A stretch of DNA of 61,452 bases, counting the filler, from Sphacelaria rigidula (Eukaryota), in NCBI GenBank assembly GCA_964200075.2. It is 9 parts of 9 records of this genome, joined end to end, with 100 filler letters (N's around TTAATTAATTAA, not from the genome) between each part and the next. Parts side by side here need not be neighbours in the genome. Positions count along the whole stretch, not along the records: positions 34,197 to 40,935 come from CAXNAA020018323.1; positions 41,036 to 47,774 come from CAXNAA020018324.1; positions 47,875 to 54,613 come from CAXNAA020018325.1; 6 more parts are not named here. One strand, 5' to 3'. Under the pieces are notes generated by a model. That model ran no database searches. It saw only the letters and a list, made by a program, of their open reading frames with translations, and was not told where the DNA came from. Position numbers and translations under genes: made by a program. Of the stretch, positions 36,295-49,399 are shown piece by piece (position 1 is the stretch's first letter; every line of letters begins with the position of its first letter).

Positions 36295-36809
36295 CCTTTA
36301 GACCGCGAGGCTAGTCTTCTGTTGAATCGGCATCAATTCCAAGTGAAGAAAAGTATACATGATCCAGATGTACTACCCGCACCACGGTATAAGGGTTAAC
36401 CCCTAGACCGCGAGGGTAGTTCATCTGGATCTTGAATACTTTTTTCGAGCGGATATGATGCCCATTCAGCAGGTGACCTACCCTCGCGGTCTAACGGTTC
36501 ACCCTTGGATAGCGAGAGTAGATCATCTGTTGAATCGGCATCAATTTCACTTGAAGAAGTATGCATAGTCCAGATAGACTACGTTTCCGGTCTAACGGTT
36601 AACCCTTGGACAGCGAGGGTTGGTCACCTACTGAATCGGCATCAATTTTCACTTGAGAAAAGAATGCATGGTCCACATAAACTGCTCTCGCAGTCTAGGT
36701 GCTAACCTTTCGACCGCGACGCGGGTAGTCGATCTGGATTACGCATATTTTTCCCCAGTGTAAATGATGCCGATAAAGCGGTGACCTACCCTCGCGGTCG
36801 AAAGGTTAA
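36295..36809. mobile_element. Array of five of the same piggyBac-like MITEs; more at 37632-37738 (single), ~39407-39690 (about three, degraded), 48420-48523 (single)
   Basis: Junctions TTAA 36396, TTCA 36498, TTAA 36599, CTAA 36702 and TTAA 36806. Orientation + - + + -. Shared core TGAATCGGCATCAATTTCACTTG...ATGCATGATCCAGA. Confidence 0.8.
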
Positions 36810-37118
36810 TATTTATATCGTAGCCGAACTCAACTGTGACCCTTTGGTAGCCCACACGACAGGGGAAGAAAGGCATTATTAAACGTATCTCAAACTCGGT
36901 TCCCGGTTTCCTGGTTTCTTCGCTGGATCTAGGTTTTGAACTATTTTTTCAAGTGGAAGAGATGACAATTCACGGGAGGACCTGACCTGGTGGTCAAAGG
37001 GTCTCATCATCTAATGGCTCGCCATCACTTTCATTTGAAAAAATAGAACAAAACAAACCAGGAAACCGGAAACCGAGTTTGAGATACGTCTATTGAGGTG
37101 GAAATGATGTCGATTCAG

Positions 37119-37468
37119 CACCCGCCGTATTTACGCCAGCGCTGCCCAAAAAATAGAACCTGCCAGCAGTCTAGAACCAGTCCCACATCGAATTTGTGCA
37201 GACCCGCCTGTCCTGCTAAGACCATTTTCGAATCCGCCCGTGCACAACAGAGCCGTCACACCACTTTTGAACCCACCCACCCAAAACAGAGCAGGCACAT
37301 AGGGCATGCCGCAGCGCGCACACCCACAACACAGCTCACACGCACACATACACTGACGAACCACCATTAGGTAGCCGCAAAAGCAACAGCAGCAGCAGTA
37401 CTGTAGTACGGAGAAGACTGCTGGCAGGTTCTGTTTTTTGGCCAGCGCTGGCGTAAATACGGCGGGTG
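37119..37468. mobile_element. Mutator(MULE)-type MITE (350 bp)
   Basis: 54-bp TIRs (37119-37172 / 37415-37468) and a perfect 9-bp TSD TCGATTCAG (37110-37118, 37469-37477). Confidence 0.88.
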
Positions 37469-39775
37469 TCGATTCAGTGGCTGGACGCCCATTCGCAGAA
37501 TCACCTCAGGACCACTACGAGTACCATCATTGATTTTTCCGCGGGCGCTCTTTCCTCGGCACCGTACTCGGGACTGTCTCTGTAACAGTGTGGACCCCCT
37601 CTGTGCCCAACGGTACATGGTCCGCATTTCGCTAACCCTTAGACAGCGACAGTAGGCCATCCGTTGAATCGGCATCACTTTCACTTGGGAAGGGTATGCA
37701 CGATCCAGATGGACTACCCTCGCAGTCCAAGGGTTAAGGTTTTTAGGATTATAGTTACGATTTGGGTTGGCTTGGAAAGTGACGCCGCGGTAGCTCCCCT
37801 CACCCTCCAAACCAGCAGCAACGACAGTGTCACGAAGAAATGGTCATACAGCGTATGATAGCCGGTTTCAAACAGCATACAGCGCCTCATATGGGCGACA
37901 TTGGCGAAAACGATCTCAAGCGTGGGAGTTCATCATGTTGACTTGTAGATTTTGCCTTCTCACACCAGCCACTTTTCTGGGGGGGAACTATCGCGGCCGT
38001 TCGTCTGGAGTGGGTCGTCGTGGTGGTATGACCAATAGCATTACAAGGGACCAATTCGTAGACAACTTATTACTAATATAATCTTCGGGTCCAACAAGAT
38101 GTGGACCCGTACGGACAACCTGCACCTGGACGGGTGAAGGGATACTGGGGATGCTCATCAGGTTGGACCATCTCAAGAGACACGGCGAGGCAATCTTCCC
38201 CCGCACACTGAAGGAAATCTCCACACAAAACGTACAGCTCACCCTGAAAGAAGGTGAAGCCCATTTCACCATCGACGGTCGCATTTTCACTCAAGTGGAC
38301 CTCAACACTGCCCGTGTGGACTGTGCAATTCTAGCCGTGGAGTATATACGCCAGCTCTCCAGCAAGGGCTCTTAGTGTAGACAATAGGAAACACGGGTCG
38401 GCACGCCGCCGATTACAAGATATTTCGGAGCGAAGCGCCGGAAAGTTATTTTGTTGATTACCGGCTTGTCGCCGATTGGATCGCGAGGTCCGTCGATTAT
38501 TTTTTATTTTGAGGACTGCGGCGAAGAACGACGTTTGACGCGAGGTGGAAGCTGGGCATTCCAGAATTCCTCTGACGACTGGCCTGATGTTATAGTAGGA
38601 TTTGCGAGGAACAACAACAAAAACCGAAAGGTACCCCTAGTCTTTCGTCGGCGAAAGTACATTTCTTTCAGTTCCATATTTTGTCGGAACTTTTTTTTTT
38701 CTTCTCCCCAGTCGTTACGGTTCGGGACGATTGATTTCATGCGTCGATATTTTCACATTGAATAAATGTTCCGATAAAATCCAGCCGTAGTCAAAAGTCA
38801 AAGGAGAGACGTACCGTATCCATCGTACATGAACCGAAACACTCGCTCAAACAAGCTCGAGGAACGGGCGAAGATGGGGAAAGTAGCAGGGAACACAAAA
38901 ACAACAAAAGACGAGAGACGAACTAACAAAAAAAAAAGCGAAGAAAATGGAAAGAAAAGGGAACTAGCTAGGGATCGGTAAGAGATGGAGAGTTGGATAG
39001 AGGAACGTGTCCAGTGCTCGCGTGTTTTTTCGCACATGTGCGAGCTTGAACGTACGGAATAAAAGCTACGAGATAAATGCCCTGCATAAATTTCAGAATA
39101 AAAGAATATCTTTCTCAGATGGAAAAAAATCATGGCCAGCAGCACCCACTGTTTCGTCTGTTGTCCTGCATGCGTTTTGTGCATAATATTTTCAAGAGTC
39201 TTCCCTGTGATCATCCTCGTCCTTTCGAACCTGTCCACGCAGCCTTTCGACCCGCTCGGGGGTATCTCACCCCTCGAATCGGAATAATTTTCGATTGAAA
39301 AATCACCTACGGTCCCAGATTTGACCCTTTGGGCTCCTGACACCCTCCGATGGAGAGGACCACGGGTGAGCCAGCTGGGAAAATATTGAAAAGTGAATGC
39401 CTCCGTCAACCCTTTGATCGCGAGGGTAGGCGATCTTTTAGATCGGCATAACTCATCTTATTTTTCAGGTGTAAATGATGCCGATGCAACAGACCGACAA
39501 CCCTCGCGGTACCCTTGGACAGCGAGAGTAGGTTATCTGTTGAATCGACATCAATTTTCACTTGAAAAAAGTATGTATGATCCAGATGGACTAATTTCCA
39601 CGGTTAGGCCGGGCCATCTCATCTTGTGAATCAGCATCATTTTCACTTACAAAATGTATGGGAGACCCAGATCGCCCACCCTGGCGGTCAGTGTTATCCT
39701 TTTTCGATAGTATGGAGGCGGTGTTTCGGGAGGTCAAGCGTGGAGACAAGGCGCACCCCGTGTGTGATAACCACA

Positions 39776-40900
39776 CCCTGGACAATAGACGGCATATATT
39801 GCAATAGCAATAGAATCTGCTGCAGTAGATGCCAATATTATCGTCTGTAATGGCCATCGATCGGCAAGGTTCGCTTTCTATTGTCGTTTGCAATGTCTAT
39901 CGAAAGACCAGTTTCCCATAATTTTTTCTGGGCAGCAGTCTGTTGTGACCCTACACCGAAATCTACTGCGACCGACCAAATGTATCCATCGATAGTTTTC
40001 CAAATCTATTGATGATAGCAATGGCTATCGATAGACGATGGCTATTGACAGATTTTATACCAAATCTATTGATGGCGGCAATCGCTATTAATAGATTGCG
40101 TACAAAATCCATGCATGACGGCAATGAATATCGATAGATACATACCACTATCTACTGTGGTATACAATGCCTGCCGATAGATATTCTCTGTCCTCTATTG
40201 CGACACCTACGTTGCAACACACTACGTATAGGGCATATTATACTCCGTTAAAAGGTACGGTAGAGAAGCCGAAGGTGGAGATGCAGTGGGTATATGATGA
40301 GACTACTTGTGAATATATGACGTCACGTTTCTACATTTTGGAACGCTTGTATTTTGTAGGAATCTGCAAAAGGTGTGGACAGAAATGTACAAGTTTGTTT
40401 ATGGTGTGGTGTTGGTACTTATGATTGTCCCTCTGGTGGACATGAGCGCTTGGAGTACATTTGTGTGTGGGTGAAGTGTGCTTATACCCTGGACAATAGA
40501 CCATGTAATAGAACATTGGCGCTGCAGTAGCCCCGAAAATTTGACCGTCAATATTCATTGTCAGTCATAATTGACTGGCATCAATGTCTATCGATAGCTA
40601 TTGCAGGCGACAATAGATTCGGGACAAGGGATAGAATGTATCATTACCGTGACAATGTAAGGGCCAAGTTGTTTATCGATACATTTTATTTGTTGCAATA
40701 GGCTCTAAATTGGGGCCACTAATGTATATTGGTAATCACAATAAGATCTGCCACGCGGCCACCAATGTCTGTTCAGGGTCACAATATCATCTGAATCGCG
40801 GCCGCCAATGTATATCGCTGGTCACAATGTAATCTGAATCGCGGCTACCAATATTTATTGTTGATCACTGAACAGATTCTGTTTTTGCTGATAACGGTAT
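39776..40900. repeat. Two related repeat copies starting ACCCTGGACAATAGAC (~39776, ~40486), rich in CAATAG/CTATTG/ATCGAT motifs, with ~39-bp tandem units at ~40735-40870
   Basis: Visible motif periodicity, typical of the subterminal repeats of non-autonomous DNA transposons. A weaker relative lies at ~6258-6345. Confidence 0.55.
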
Positions 40901-41089
40901 GCCGTGTGTAGGCTAGACATGCCCTGTCTGTTGTGNNNNNNNNNNNNNNNNNNNNNNNNNNNNNNNNNNNNNNNNNNNNTTAATTAATTAANNNNNNNNN
41001 NNNNNNNNNNNNNNNNNNNNNNNNNNNNNNNNNNNCTAATAATCATGTTCTCTTTTTATTGTCTTTTCTGGTTGTGGGGGGGCCCGGGT

Positions 41090-41125
<36 letters not shown>

Positions 41126-41299
41126 GGCAAAAAGGTGTGGACGTGTACCCTCATTGAGGGAGTGCTATTGCTCGATGGCTTACAGCAATATATCGTCGTT
41201 TTGCGATCGTGGGAGAGGTGGCAAATAGATTGCTCCATACACACCCTTCTTCATATGTTGCATCATACTCTACGAAGCTGCGGTACAGTGCGATAATTT

Positions 41300-41900
41300 C
41301 ATGAGGCCTACTACACTGGTGGGGGGAAAATCGACCGTGCAGAGATTTGCGGGATTTTTCAAGACATACTCTCGAGTATGACGTCAACCACTATAATACA
41401 AAAATTGTTTTGGTGAGGAAATCTTGACGTGACCATGGATTACGCCAACCATCATAGCATAATTGCCCAGTGAAATTGCTTCTCTAATAAATGCAATGGT
41501 CGATGGGAAAGCTGCTGATACCTTTTCTTCCTCTCTCTACACGAACTTCCACATCACCAGGGTCAAAATAACGCTGCACGAGTTTCCGTCTGCGAGATTT
41601 CAATCATGGGTCATAACAACGCTTCTCCAAGACTTTCGACGTGTGCGTCACGGACACGAGTGATGCTACGGTAGGGGTGCACAAATATTTTTTCAGTTCA
41701 AAATCTTCAGGAGCCCTTTGTCTCGTCGAAAACACGACTTACGAAATATGTGAGAGTACGCCAGGATTACTATTCCAATGTGCTGGGGATATCCCGAAGG
41801 AATTTCCAAACGGGGATGCCCTTACCCATTTTCTAGTGCATCTTGAATCTTCAGGAGCCCCTGAACCAGACAAGATTTTGCGCAAAAAGTGCACCCCTAC
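41300..41900 (-). pseudogene. Eroded Ty3/gypsy RNase H-integrase zinc-domain remnant
   Basis: TRKWV...FGISPAHWNSNPGVLSH resembles RW...FxIxHxPGxxNxxADALSR; FLYYSG*RHTREYV resembles FYWxGMxxDVREYV. Confidence 0.4.
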
Positions 41901-42463
41901 CGTAGCATTGCACACACCAAGTACGGTAGACAGAAGAGCAAGTGCCCGTGGTACTGGCTGCACACGAAGCAGACGTGCCTACCACGCCACACTGAATAAA
42001 AAAGGCGAACTCACACTTTTCACAAGAGCGACATACGGCCATGGTCAACCCGCCAACATGTAACGAATACCACCCCCTACCTTGATGTGCACCCCACCAC
42101 CACTGTACAAATGCCCATGCCAAAGCACAGCACGCGCGGATCAGTTGTGCATTCATTCTCCACAAACAAGCACAGACAAGGCCAGCGACAAGAAACAGGG
42201 AAACAGAGTACGAACGATACAAAGCCGTAGCTGATTGTCAAAGTCACAACTAGAGCTGTCTCAGTCCACCCCCCTCCTCCGCAGGCTAGCGTCCACCCGG
42301 TAAACCCAGGATGGGGACAAAATGCACGAACCAACAACGCCTAGGGCACAACACACGAAAAAAACACACACCCCACAGCATATCTCCACATCTCCATACC
42401 CTTTGAACTTGGAAAAACACATGAAGAAAAACGGCTTCCATTGTTGTTTCAACCCTCTGGAGG

Positions 42464-42778
42464 TCACACCGGTGGTGGGAGTCTGGACGCTACTCTGACG
42501 TTACCGTTACCGTTACTACTAATAATCTTAGAACCCTCCATTTTCGTCCCGTTTCGTCGCTCCTGCCCCGCCGCCCTCTCACTCCCCTCACCCAAGTATC
42601 CCCCTTCCAATATCGCCTCCAAATCTTCCACCTCTTCATGGCCGTCATGATTCGCCGCTCCGTTTCCAGCTGTGGAAGCACCACTGCCAACGACGCCACT
42701 TGGATAATCTTTTCCCAGTCCGGTTTCAGGCTTGTTATCTTCCTTCCCTGAGCCTCTCGTGAGATTCGATCTATATAC
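42464..42778 (-). CDS. Candidate terminal exon of an unknown gene (Gly/Glu/Asn-rich)
   Basis: A pyrimidine-rich tract and CAG (42779-42781) precede an open frame VYRSNLTRGSGKED...RLPPPV*. No recognisable domain. Confidence 0.25.
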   Translation of the reverse strand, partial: VYRSNLTRGSGKEDNKPETGLGKDYPSGVVGSGASTAGNGAANHDGHEEVEDLEAILEGGYLGEGSERAAGQERRNGTKMEGSKIISSNGNGNVRVASRLPPPV

Positions 42779-44239
42779 CTGAGTGTGACATGAAGCGCGA
42801 AGAGACATCAGTTGAGGGGAGAGGATGTTGAAATGTCGACAAGGTGCGGAGCAATATAGGGGGCGTATGGGCAGGGAGAAGGAAAATAATGGCACCGTGA
42901 GAATGTTTTCCACACGCTGCAGATGTTTGGTGGTATACTTGCTGTGAGCTTGTGTGAGCAAACTTGCCGCCCAGGGACAATATTGAAACAAGTTCTGCGT
43001 GTAAGTTGGCGTGTCATCAGAGGACAATCATTTTCAACTTGAGGTAGTCGACCACATTCAACATTTAATTTGAAAAGGGGGGGCGGGGAAAGGGAGAAAA
43101 CACCTGAAATGTCCTGAATGGCCTCGTTTGAAAAGCTTGTGCGTGCACAACTGTTGCTTCTCCCTCAGTCCTGATCGTGAAGGCGGTATCCACCCCTTGC
43201 CATTTTCATCGCCTACAGTGCGCCATGAATACCATGCAACAGAAGCAGAAAACACGCACCTGGAGCATCTCGATGTCATCCAAGTCGTTAGTATCGAACT
43301 CCAGCTCTTCCTGCCCAGAAAAGTTGAACAGCTTAAAACATGGAAGTGACGGGAGCAGTAAGCAAGGGGCCAACCGAAAACGATGGGCAAATGGGGTAGG
43401 GGGTGTTATCGAGATTACAAACAGACGGCGAGGAACTCCAACAGGAGCCGACATGGTGCGAGCATTCCCCACGCTCAGCTGGTCGCCTTTTCGGCACGGA
43501 TAAATCATACTCTACACTGAAAGCCCCAGCACGTCGCGTACAAATATCACGTACGGAGGCGTTTGTATCCGGCCAGTCTTCAGTCTTCTGAAAAGAGCCC
43601 GTCAACAGCCAAGGGCTTGAGTATCTCTCGAAATCAGCCCCCACAATCTCAATTCCCATTCTGGCCTCAGAGCGGGGGTCTTACACACTCCAAGTTATTG
43701 AGCTGCCAGACGTAGTCAGAACTCCAAACTGAAGTTGGCGAAAACGAATAGAGTCTGTCACTGGCCCTGTGGAATATATATCCACTATTCCAAGATCTTG
43801 GTAGGAGTTAACGCGAGTCAGGGATGTCGAGCTGAGACGATGACTAAAAAAGAGAGAATACCTGAGTTGCACAATTGCCTAGAGATCACCTCACACCTCA
43901 TGGAAACGGTATAGTAGTATGTAAGGTCACCTGACAAGTATCTATTTGTGTTTGGTCTCATTTGTAGCTGCTGCAGTTGCCTGTGGAGTGTCTTTTCGCA
44001 GCTGTAAGGCCGCTTCTTACAGACTGAAAAAAAATATCTCTGATAATTGCCCTTTGGAACCTTTCACCAGTCTACAAGAAGCGGCCTGAACCCGAAATCG
44101 AGGACAATCGTTTTGGGCATGAAAAATGTGAGGTGGGGTGGACATGGTCTAACCCTCTTGGGACCGGGCCTCCAGACCGACCAATGAGGCTGGTTAGGAG
44201 TGACGTGTCTGGTGTCTGCACGAAACAGTGGCCTCATGT

Positions 44240-46950
44240 TGCTGAAAATCCACGTATGTGACCGCAGGGTTAGGAGAAAGACCGAAAGTTCATGCAATCT
44301 ATTTTCAGCTGCAGGTAAAAACTGCAATTCGGGTGGGGTGCGCATTAGGTAATGTACAGATGTAACAAGCAGTATGGGTCGCCGTAGATAGCTTTCAACA
44401 GGATGTGGCGACCGGCGGGCCGCCTGCCACTTGTGACTTTGAATCATATCAATGTCCATCACCTTGCCATACAGCCCTTTGTGGTCGGGATGGGCCGCGA
44501 TTTCCCTCTTCATTGCAAGCGGCAAATTCTCTTCGAAGGGCATGGGCGTTACGGTGCACATGCAATGCAGTACGCCTCTCCGACTGCAGCAGCTGCTACG
44601 GCTGCATACCCTTTACACGTTTTCGGCAGTTCTCAGCTACGGACATCAGCTGCCTATACAGAGCTCGTTCGTCCCCGCCCACTACATACATGTTTACTGC
44701 ACACTGCACGACATCGGCAAAGGGATAGGCGGAACTCATGACTAAAGCCCCTCTCATTCCACGGCCCAGCTGGGTTAGGTGCCCTCGTGAAACTGACCAC
44801 AATGTGGCATGTACGCTTTTCCGCGACTTCCCCCCCCCAATCATATGTTAGCGGAGTTACTACGTTTTCGTACAGACTGGCGACCCAAAAAGACATCCGG
44901 GAAATCACGGCAGCGCTTTACTGAATGTAAGTACAACAAGAAATCGTTCCCCGACTATCCGGGCTTTGGATACGTGGGAAGGCGTTTTATGTGGGCCAGG
45001 GACAGGGCCCTCACACAATCTTGGCAATTACATCAAATTCGGTAACAATCCCCGCACTGGTCATTTGGTTCTGGACGATGAATTTCGCCTCGCCGTGATT
45101 GGGCAGGTCGCTCCCTGACTTCTTATTTCGTCATACTAATACATGGTCAACCCCGTGTTGGTTGGGGGATCGGTCCCAAAAGGGTTAAGAGATATGCAAC
45201 GCTATGCCGCCGCCACCAAAAAATGAAGGCAAATGCACAAAACTGTACTTCGAGGTGGTTTACCACCAGTCGAACCTCAACAAAGGGCTGACTTGCATAA
45301 AACTCTATATAAGGAAACCTCGAGCGTGTCGTGGCGAAAAAGTCAATAACTCTTGTGCTGCACAAGTAATTGTACCTCGTCGATGTCATCTCCGTGCTGC
45401 TCCTCCATCGTCCTTTTGAACGCCATCTCCTCCTCGTCTAGCCCGTGATTCACCGGGGTGTAGTTCACTGGTATCTTGCAGCACCGTCTTCGACACGAAA
45501 CATACATGGCAACTACCTGTTTCCGCCGCACGGTTGGACACGGTTGAAGCAAAAAGCAAATACGATTATTTTAGGTGTCTTTTTCGGAACGATTTTGCAG
45601 ACAACTTTCAAGCGATCGCGGTCAAGCCACGAGTGGCAGGAACCACTAGACCATTTTTACCATAGATTTTCAAAGTGACTTAGCGTTTAACGAAACAACC
45701 ATAGGCTCCAACAAAACACGTCAGCCTGCACCAACAACTACCGGGAGACAGCTATGACACAAAGCTTAGCATGAGGAGACATGCTTTAGTCACACGAGAC
45801 GATGATTGTCAAGTGACTAGACGTATAGCACAGAGGACATATCGAGATATTCATCCTCAGTGTTGCCCTCGGCAGCAAAATTTCTTCACGTGCGGATTAC
45901 TTGACACACGACGAGTGATGGAAGAATATGTCGCGTTTGCGGTTGTGAAGGATACGCACTTGACCCCGTGATCTTCGGACCAAGGAACGTAAAAAAGCAA
46001 CCACAGCGATCGTGAAACGATAGAAACATCTGTCTGTAAATACAAAGCCGAGTGCTGACGAACTTCCAAGTTTAGTATGGCTGCTATTTGGTAAATAAGA
46101 CCAAAGCTTGCCACAGTTTTGGGGTACACTATCCCATTCCGCCTCCCGTCAGACCGCCACCATGATATAGCGAGACACACCGCACTGAAGTTACGCAACG
46201 CCACAATGAAGGACGACAGCATGAGTAATCTAGGGACAGCGATTGTCTCATTGGACCAGGTAGTATTTGGCGGTGAGTTCGCTTCTTTCACGGATCGATA
46301 CGAGAGCAAGAAATCTCGAGGTTTTGGACTCTGAAGCGCATTTGACTTAGCTCAGTACTTCAGCACTAACTGTAAGTAGGTACCTGTTTGGCGGTTGCTT
46401 TTGTGCTGACTTCAGGTACAGAAAACGCGCGCGGTACGTCCACCAAGACATTGCAGCAACGCTCATGCGGGCGACGCCGTAACCTTCACGTTGCAACATG
46501 TTCGGAACGATCAGGAGTTCTTGCGAGCTCTGCAGCGTGCTCTAGACTGTCTGGATCTTGACTGTATTCAACACTGGACTGCCTACAGTATCTAGATTGA
46601 CTATATCGCCGTCCCCATACACAAAGAGTGCTGGTTCGCGCGATACAAGTAACAGACAAGCTCATGTTATCGATGAACAATGACGTCCGTCCAAGCGTAA
46701 CAAGGAATCAACACCCACGTCTCACACGAGGACAAATAGGCGCGAATAAGTCCACGCCAGGCACTGCGGTGTTATCGTGCAACATGCGTCGGTCCTATCG
46801 TAGCTACGTTTTATTTAGCCCATATGCTCATGACGCTGTCCCTGTGCACAGTTGAGGATATTTCCACCCACAAACCCAACTCCAATTTCCATGTGTAGCT
46901 TGACGCGTAGCTATCACGCCTTCAAGTCTTCGTACGATCCGTTGCCCTCA
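44240..46950 (-). pseudogene. Eroded copia pol remnants (at least two pieces)
   Basis: LAMKREI...HKW (44300-44560), PGVDLFAP (~46740-46770) and VSRSL...WSEDHGVKCVSFTTANATY, resembling RS..G...WxSxxQKCVxLSTxEAEY (~45900-46030). Confidence 0.45.
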
Positions 46951-47529
46951 GTGTCTTGGCAGACAAGATGGAGGCCCAACGTGTTTCTGCGAATTATGCA
47001 TTCTTTTGTACCGCTAAGCGCACAACCTTCGACAAAAACGTCTCATAATAAGTACTATTGATGTGCAGTGTGGCAATGGACCCGCACGAGTCTCTACGTA
47101 GAACGAAGTGCTCGAGAACTCCTGAACGTTTTGAGCGGAGTCAAGTGTACGTTTTCACTGAGCCATTGCTGTCTTCTTCATGCTTTCATACGTTGCGAGC
47201 GGCGCACGCTCGTCACTACCACCGCTGCGATATGCGCACACTACATATTATCTGCCTTGATTTCGCCGTCTTGGTACTTTCGGGGCAGTGCTCGCACATA
47301 TCGAGCGTGTTTTAATGTTGTACTGCATGTCACATTACGCTAACTATACTATAACACCGTGCTGCTGCTCTACTGTACAAAAACACTCCTTCCTCATCAG
47401 CGGATTGATACAACAGTCGAAAACAATCAGTGTCATCACTCTCCACTGGACTGTCGGACGGTGATACTATTCTGAGCCGAAGCTCGCAGTCAAATGGTTT
47501 AGTTGGTCATTGCGATACCGCCCCCCCGT

Positions 47530-47700
47530 ACTGTTTGGAACGTATTTTCCTGTCAAGAAAATATTGTTCTGTTCGGGAGGAGTTCTTCTGTTTGGAATTT
47601 TTTTCTGTTTGGATAACTGTTTTTCGGTTTGGGGAGTGTTTTTCGGTTTGGAATTTTTATTCTGTTGAGAATTTATTTTTCTGTGTGGAATTTGTTTCGT
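47530..47700 (+). repeat. ~18-bp degenerate minisatellite (TTTTCTGTTTGGAATT), followed by a 75-bp segment repeated at ~44150-44224
   Basis: About nine diverged units. TAACCCT.TTGGGAC.GGGCCTCCAGA.CGACCAA.GAGGCTGGT.AGGA.TGACGTGTC occurs twice in the contig. Confidence 0.7.
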
Positions 47701-48325
47701 AACCCTGTTGGGACTGGGCCTCCAGAACGACCAACGAGGCTGGTCAGGAATGACGTGTCCTGCATATACATGAANNNNNNNNNNNNNNNNNNNNNNNNNN
47801 NNNNNNNNNNNNNNNNNNTTAATTAATTAANNNNNNNNNNNNNNNNNNNNNNNNNNNNNNNNNNNNNNNNNNNNTTTGAGTACACGAATTTGAGTCCCCT
47901 CGATTTTTTCAAAATCGGGGTCCAAAAAGATCGGGATTCGTTCGCCATAAAAGTGGGTCTGAGGCCGTTGCTTCAGTCTTTTTCTCTTCCTTTCTCTTTT
48001 CTTTTTATTATTTTGTTCCGTTTTTGCTTGTCCTGACCATGGGCTGGATTGTTGTAATCAGCTACTGTGAGATAATCAATCAGTAATCAATCATCAATCA
48101 ACTGTTGGGCAGTGTGTGGGGGAAAATCCCAGATCGCTCCGAGACTCGAACCCACGACCCTACCCGTCAGGAGGTTTCGAGGTTGCCGACTGAGCCACAA
48201 CCATGCAGATAACATCCATACACATGTTCGTGAAACAGGCGATATGATGCGTAGCGAGAAAGAGCAGTCCTGAACCCCAGATGTGGCATAGTCCACCTCA
48301 GTCCACCTGCGGCGGGGGCGTCGCT

Positions 48326-48405
48326 TGTTCAAGAAGCGAACAGTTCATCTATTGAACCAGTGAGCGCTTACTGGTTCAATGGATAAACTCTTCGCTATTT
48401 GAACA
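48326..48405. mobile_element. 80-bp palindromic TGT...ACA element with 5-bp TSD (Ginger2-like termini)
   Basis: Two abutting 40-bp arms, 34/40 Watson-Crick pairs. TCGCT at 48321-48325 and 48406-48410. Paralogous empty site at ~35677-35742. Confidence 0.85.
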
Positions 48406-49399
48406 TCGCTGTCCAAGGGTTAACCGTTAGACCGCGAGGTTAGTCTTCTGTTGAATCGGCATCAATTTCAAGTGATGAAGGGTATGCATGATCCAGAAAC
48501 ACTAACTCGCGGTCTAAGGGTTAACCCTTTTGAGACTCTTTACCCCCCCTGTCGTGTGGCAGGTAAGCGGGGAAAAGTGCCACAAACATGCCATTGTGGG
48601 AGTCCGGCCCCAAAATGCTTAAATACTGTAGGAAGGGTTATTTCCCCCGTACGCTGCCTGTTTGTGTTGTGGTCCCTTTTATTCTTGACGCTGGCCTACA
48701 CCTTTCGGTATAAACCTACAGTTGCATGTGAGAGCACTAGCCAGGATCACACAGGAAGAAGGCTAACACAAAAGTTACTTTTTTGTACTCGGTCAAATTT
48801 TGCCGGACTTCGATGAGGGCGTCCGTTCGGATACATGAAATAGCTGTATAACAATATCGTTGTCATTTTTTGTTTCTCCCACTCCTTCGACTCCACCTCG
48901 TCTTCATTTTGGGGTGGTAATATGTAACACTGACAGACACATGCAGACAGCGCACAATCCGCTCAAGAACAATGGAAAACAACTCGAAAACGGTTGATTT
49001 CAGTTTAATTATTTCAAAACGGCCGGCACCTTTGAACGGCACACGGAAGCCTCTTCATGTCAGTCATCAAATTCGACACCCTGGTAGACTTTCTCTGTCC
49101 GCTGCTTCTCTGCAGTGCTTTTCTTCCGCCTTCTGGCCTGACTTACGAGGTGAGATTCGTTTTAGGCACATCAAGGTCTACGATTTCAGCCGTGAAAGTA
49201 ATACAGGTGCAACCGAACCGGTTAGGGTGGCCTCCCCTACCTAGCTGATGAACGTACAGTAGGTAGACACAGCACTATTTTGAATTCATCCTGGACCTTC
49301 TACACCAATACCATAGTTGTTGAGTTGGATACATCCTGGCGAGGTTATCTCTCTTGTATTTTTCTATCTCTGTCCCAACCAGACCTCTATCTTGTCCTA

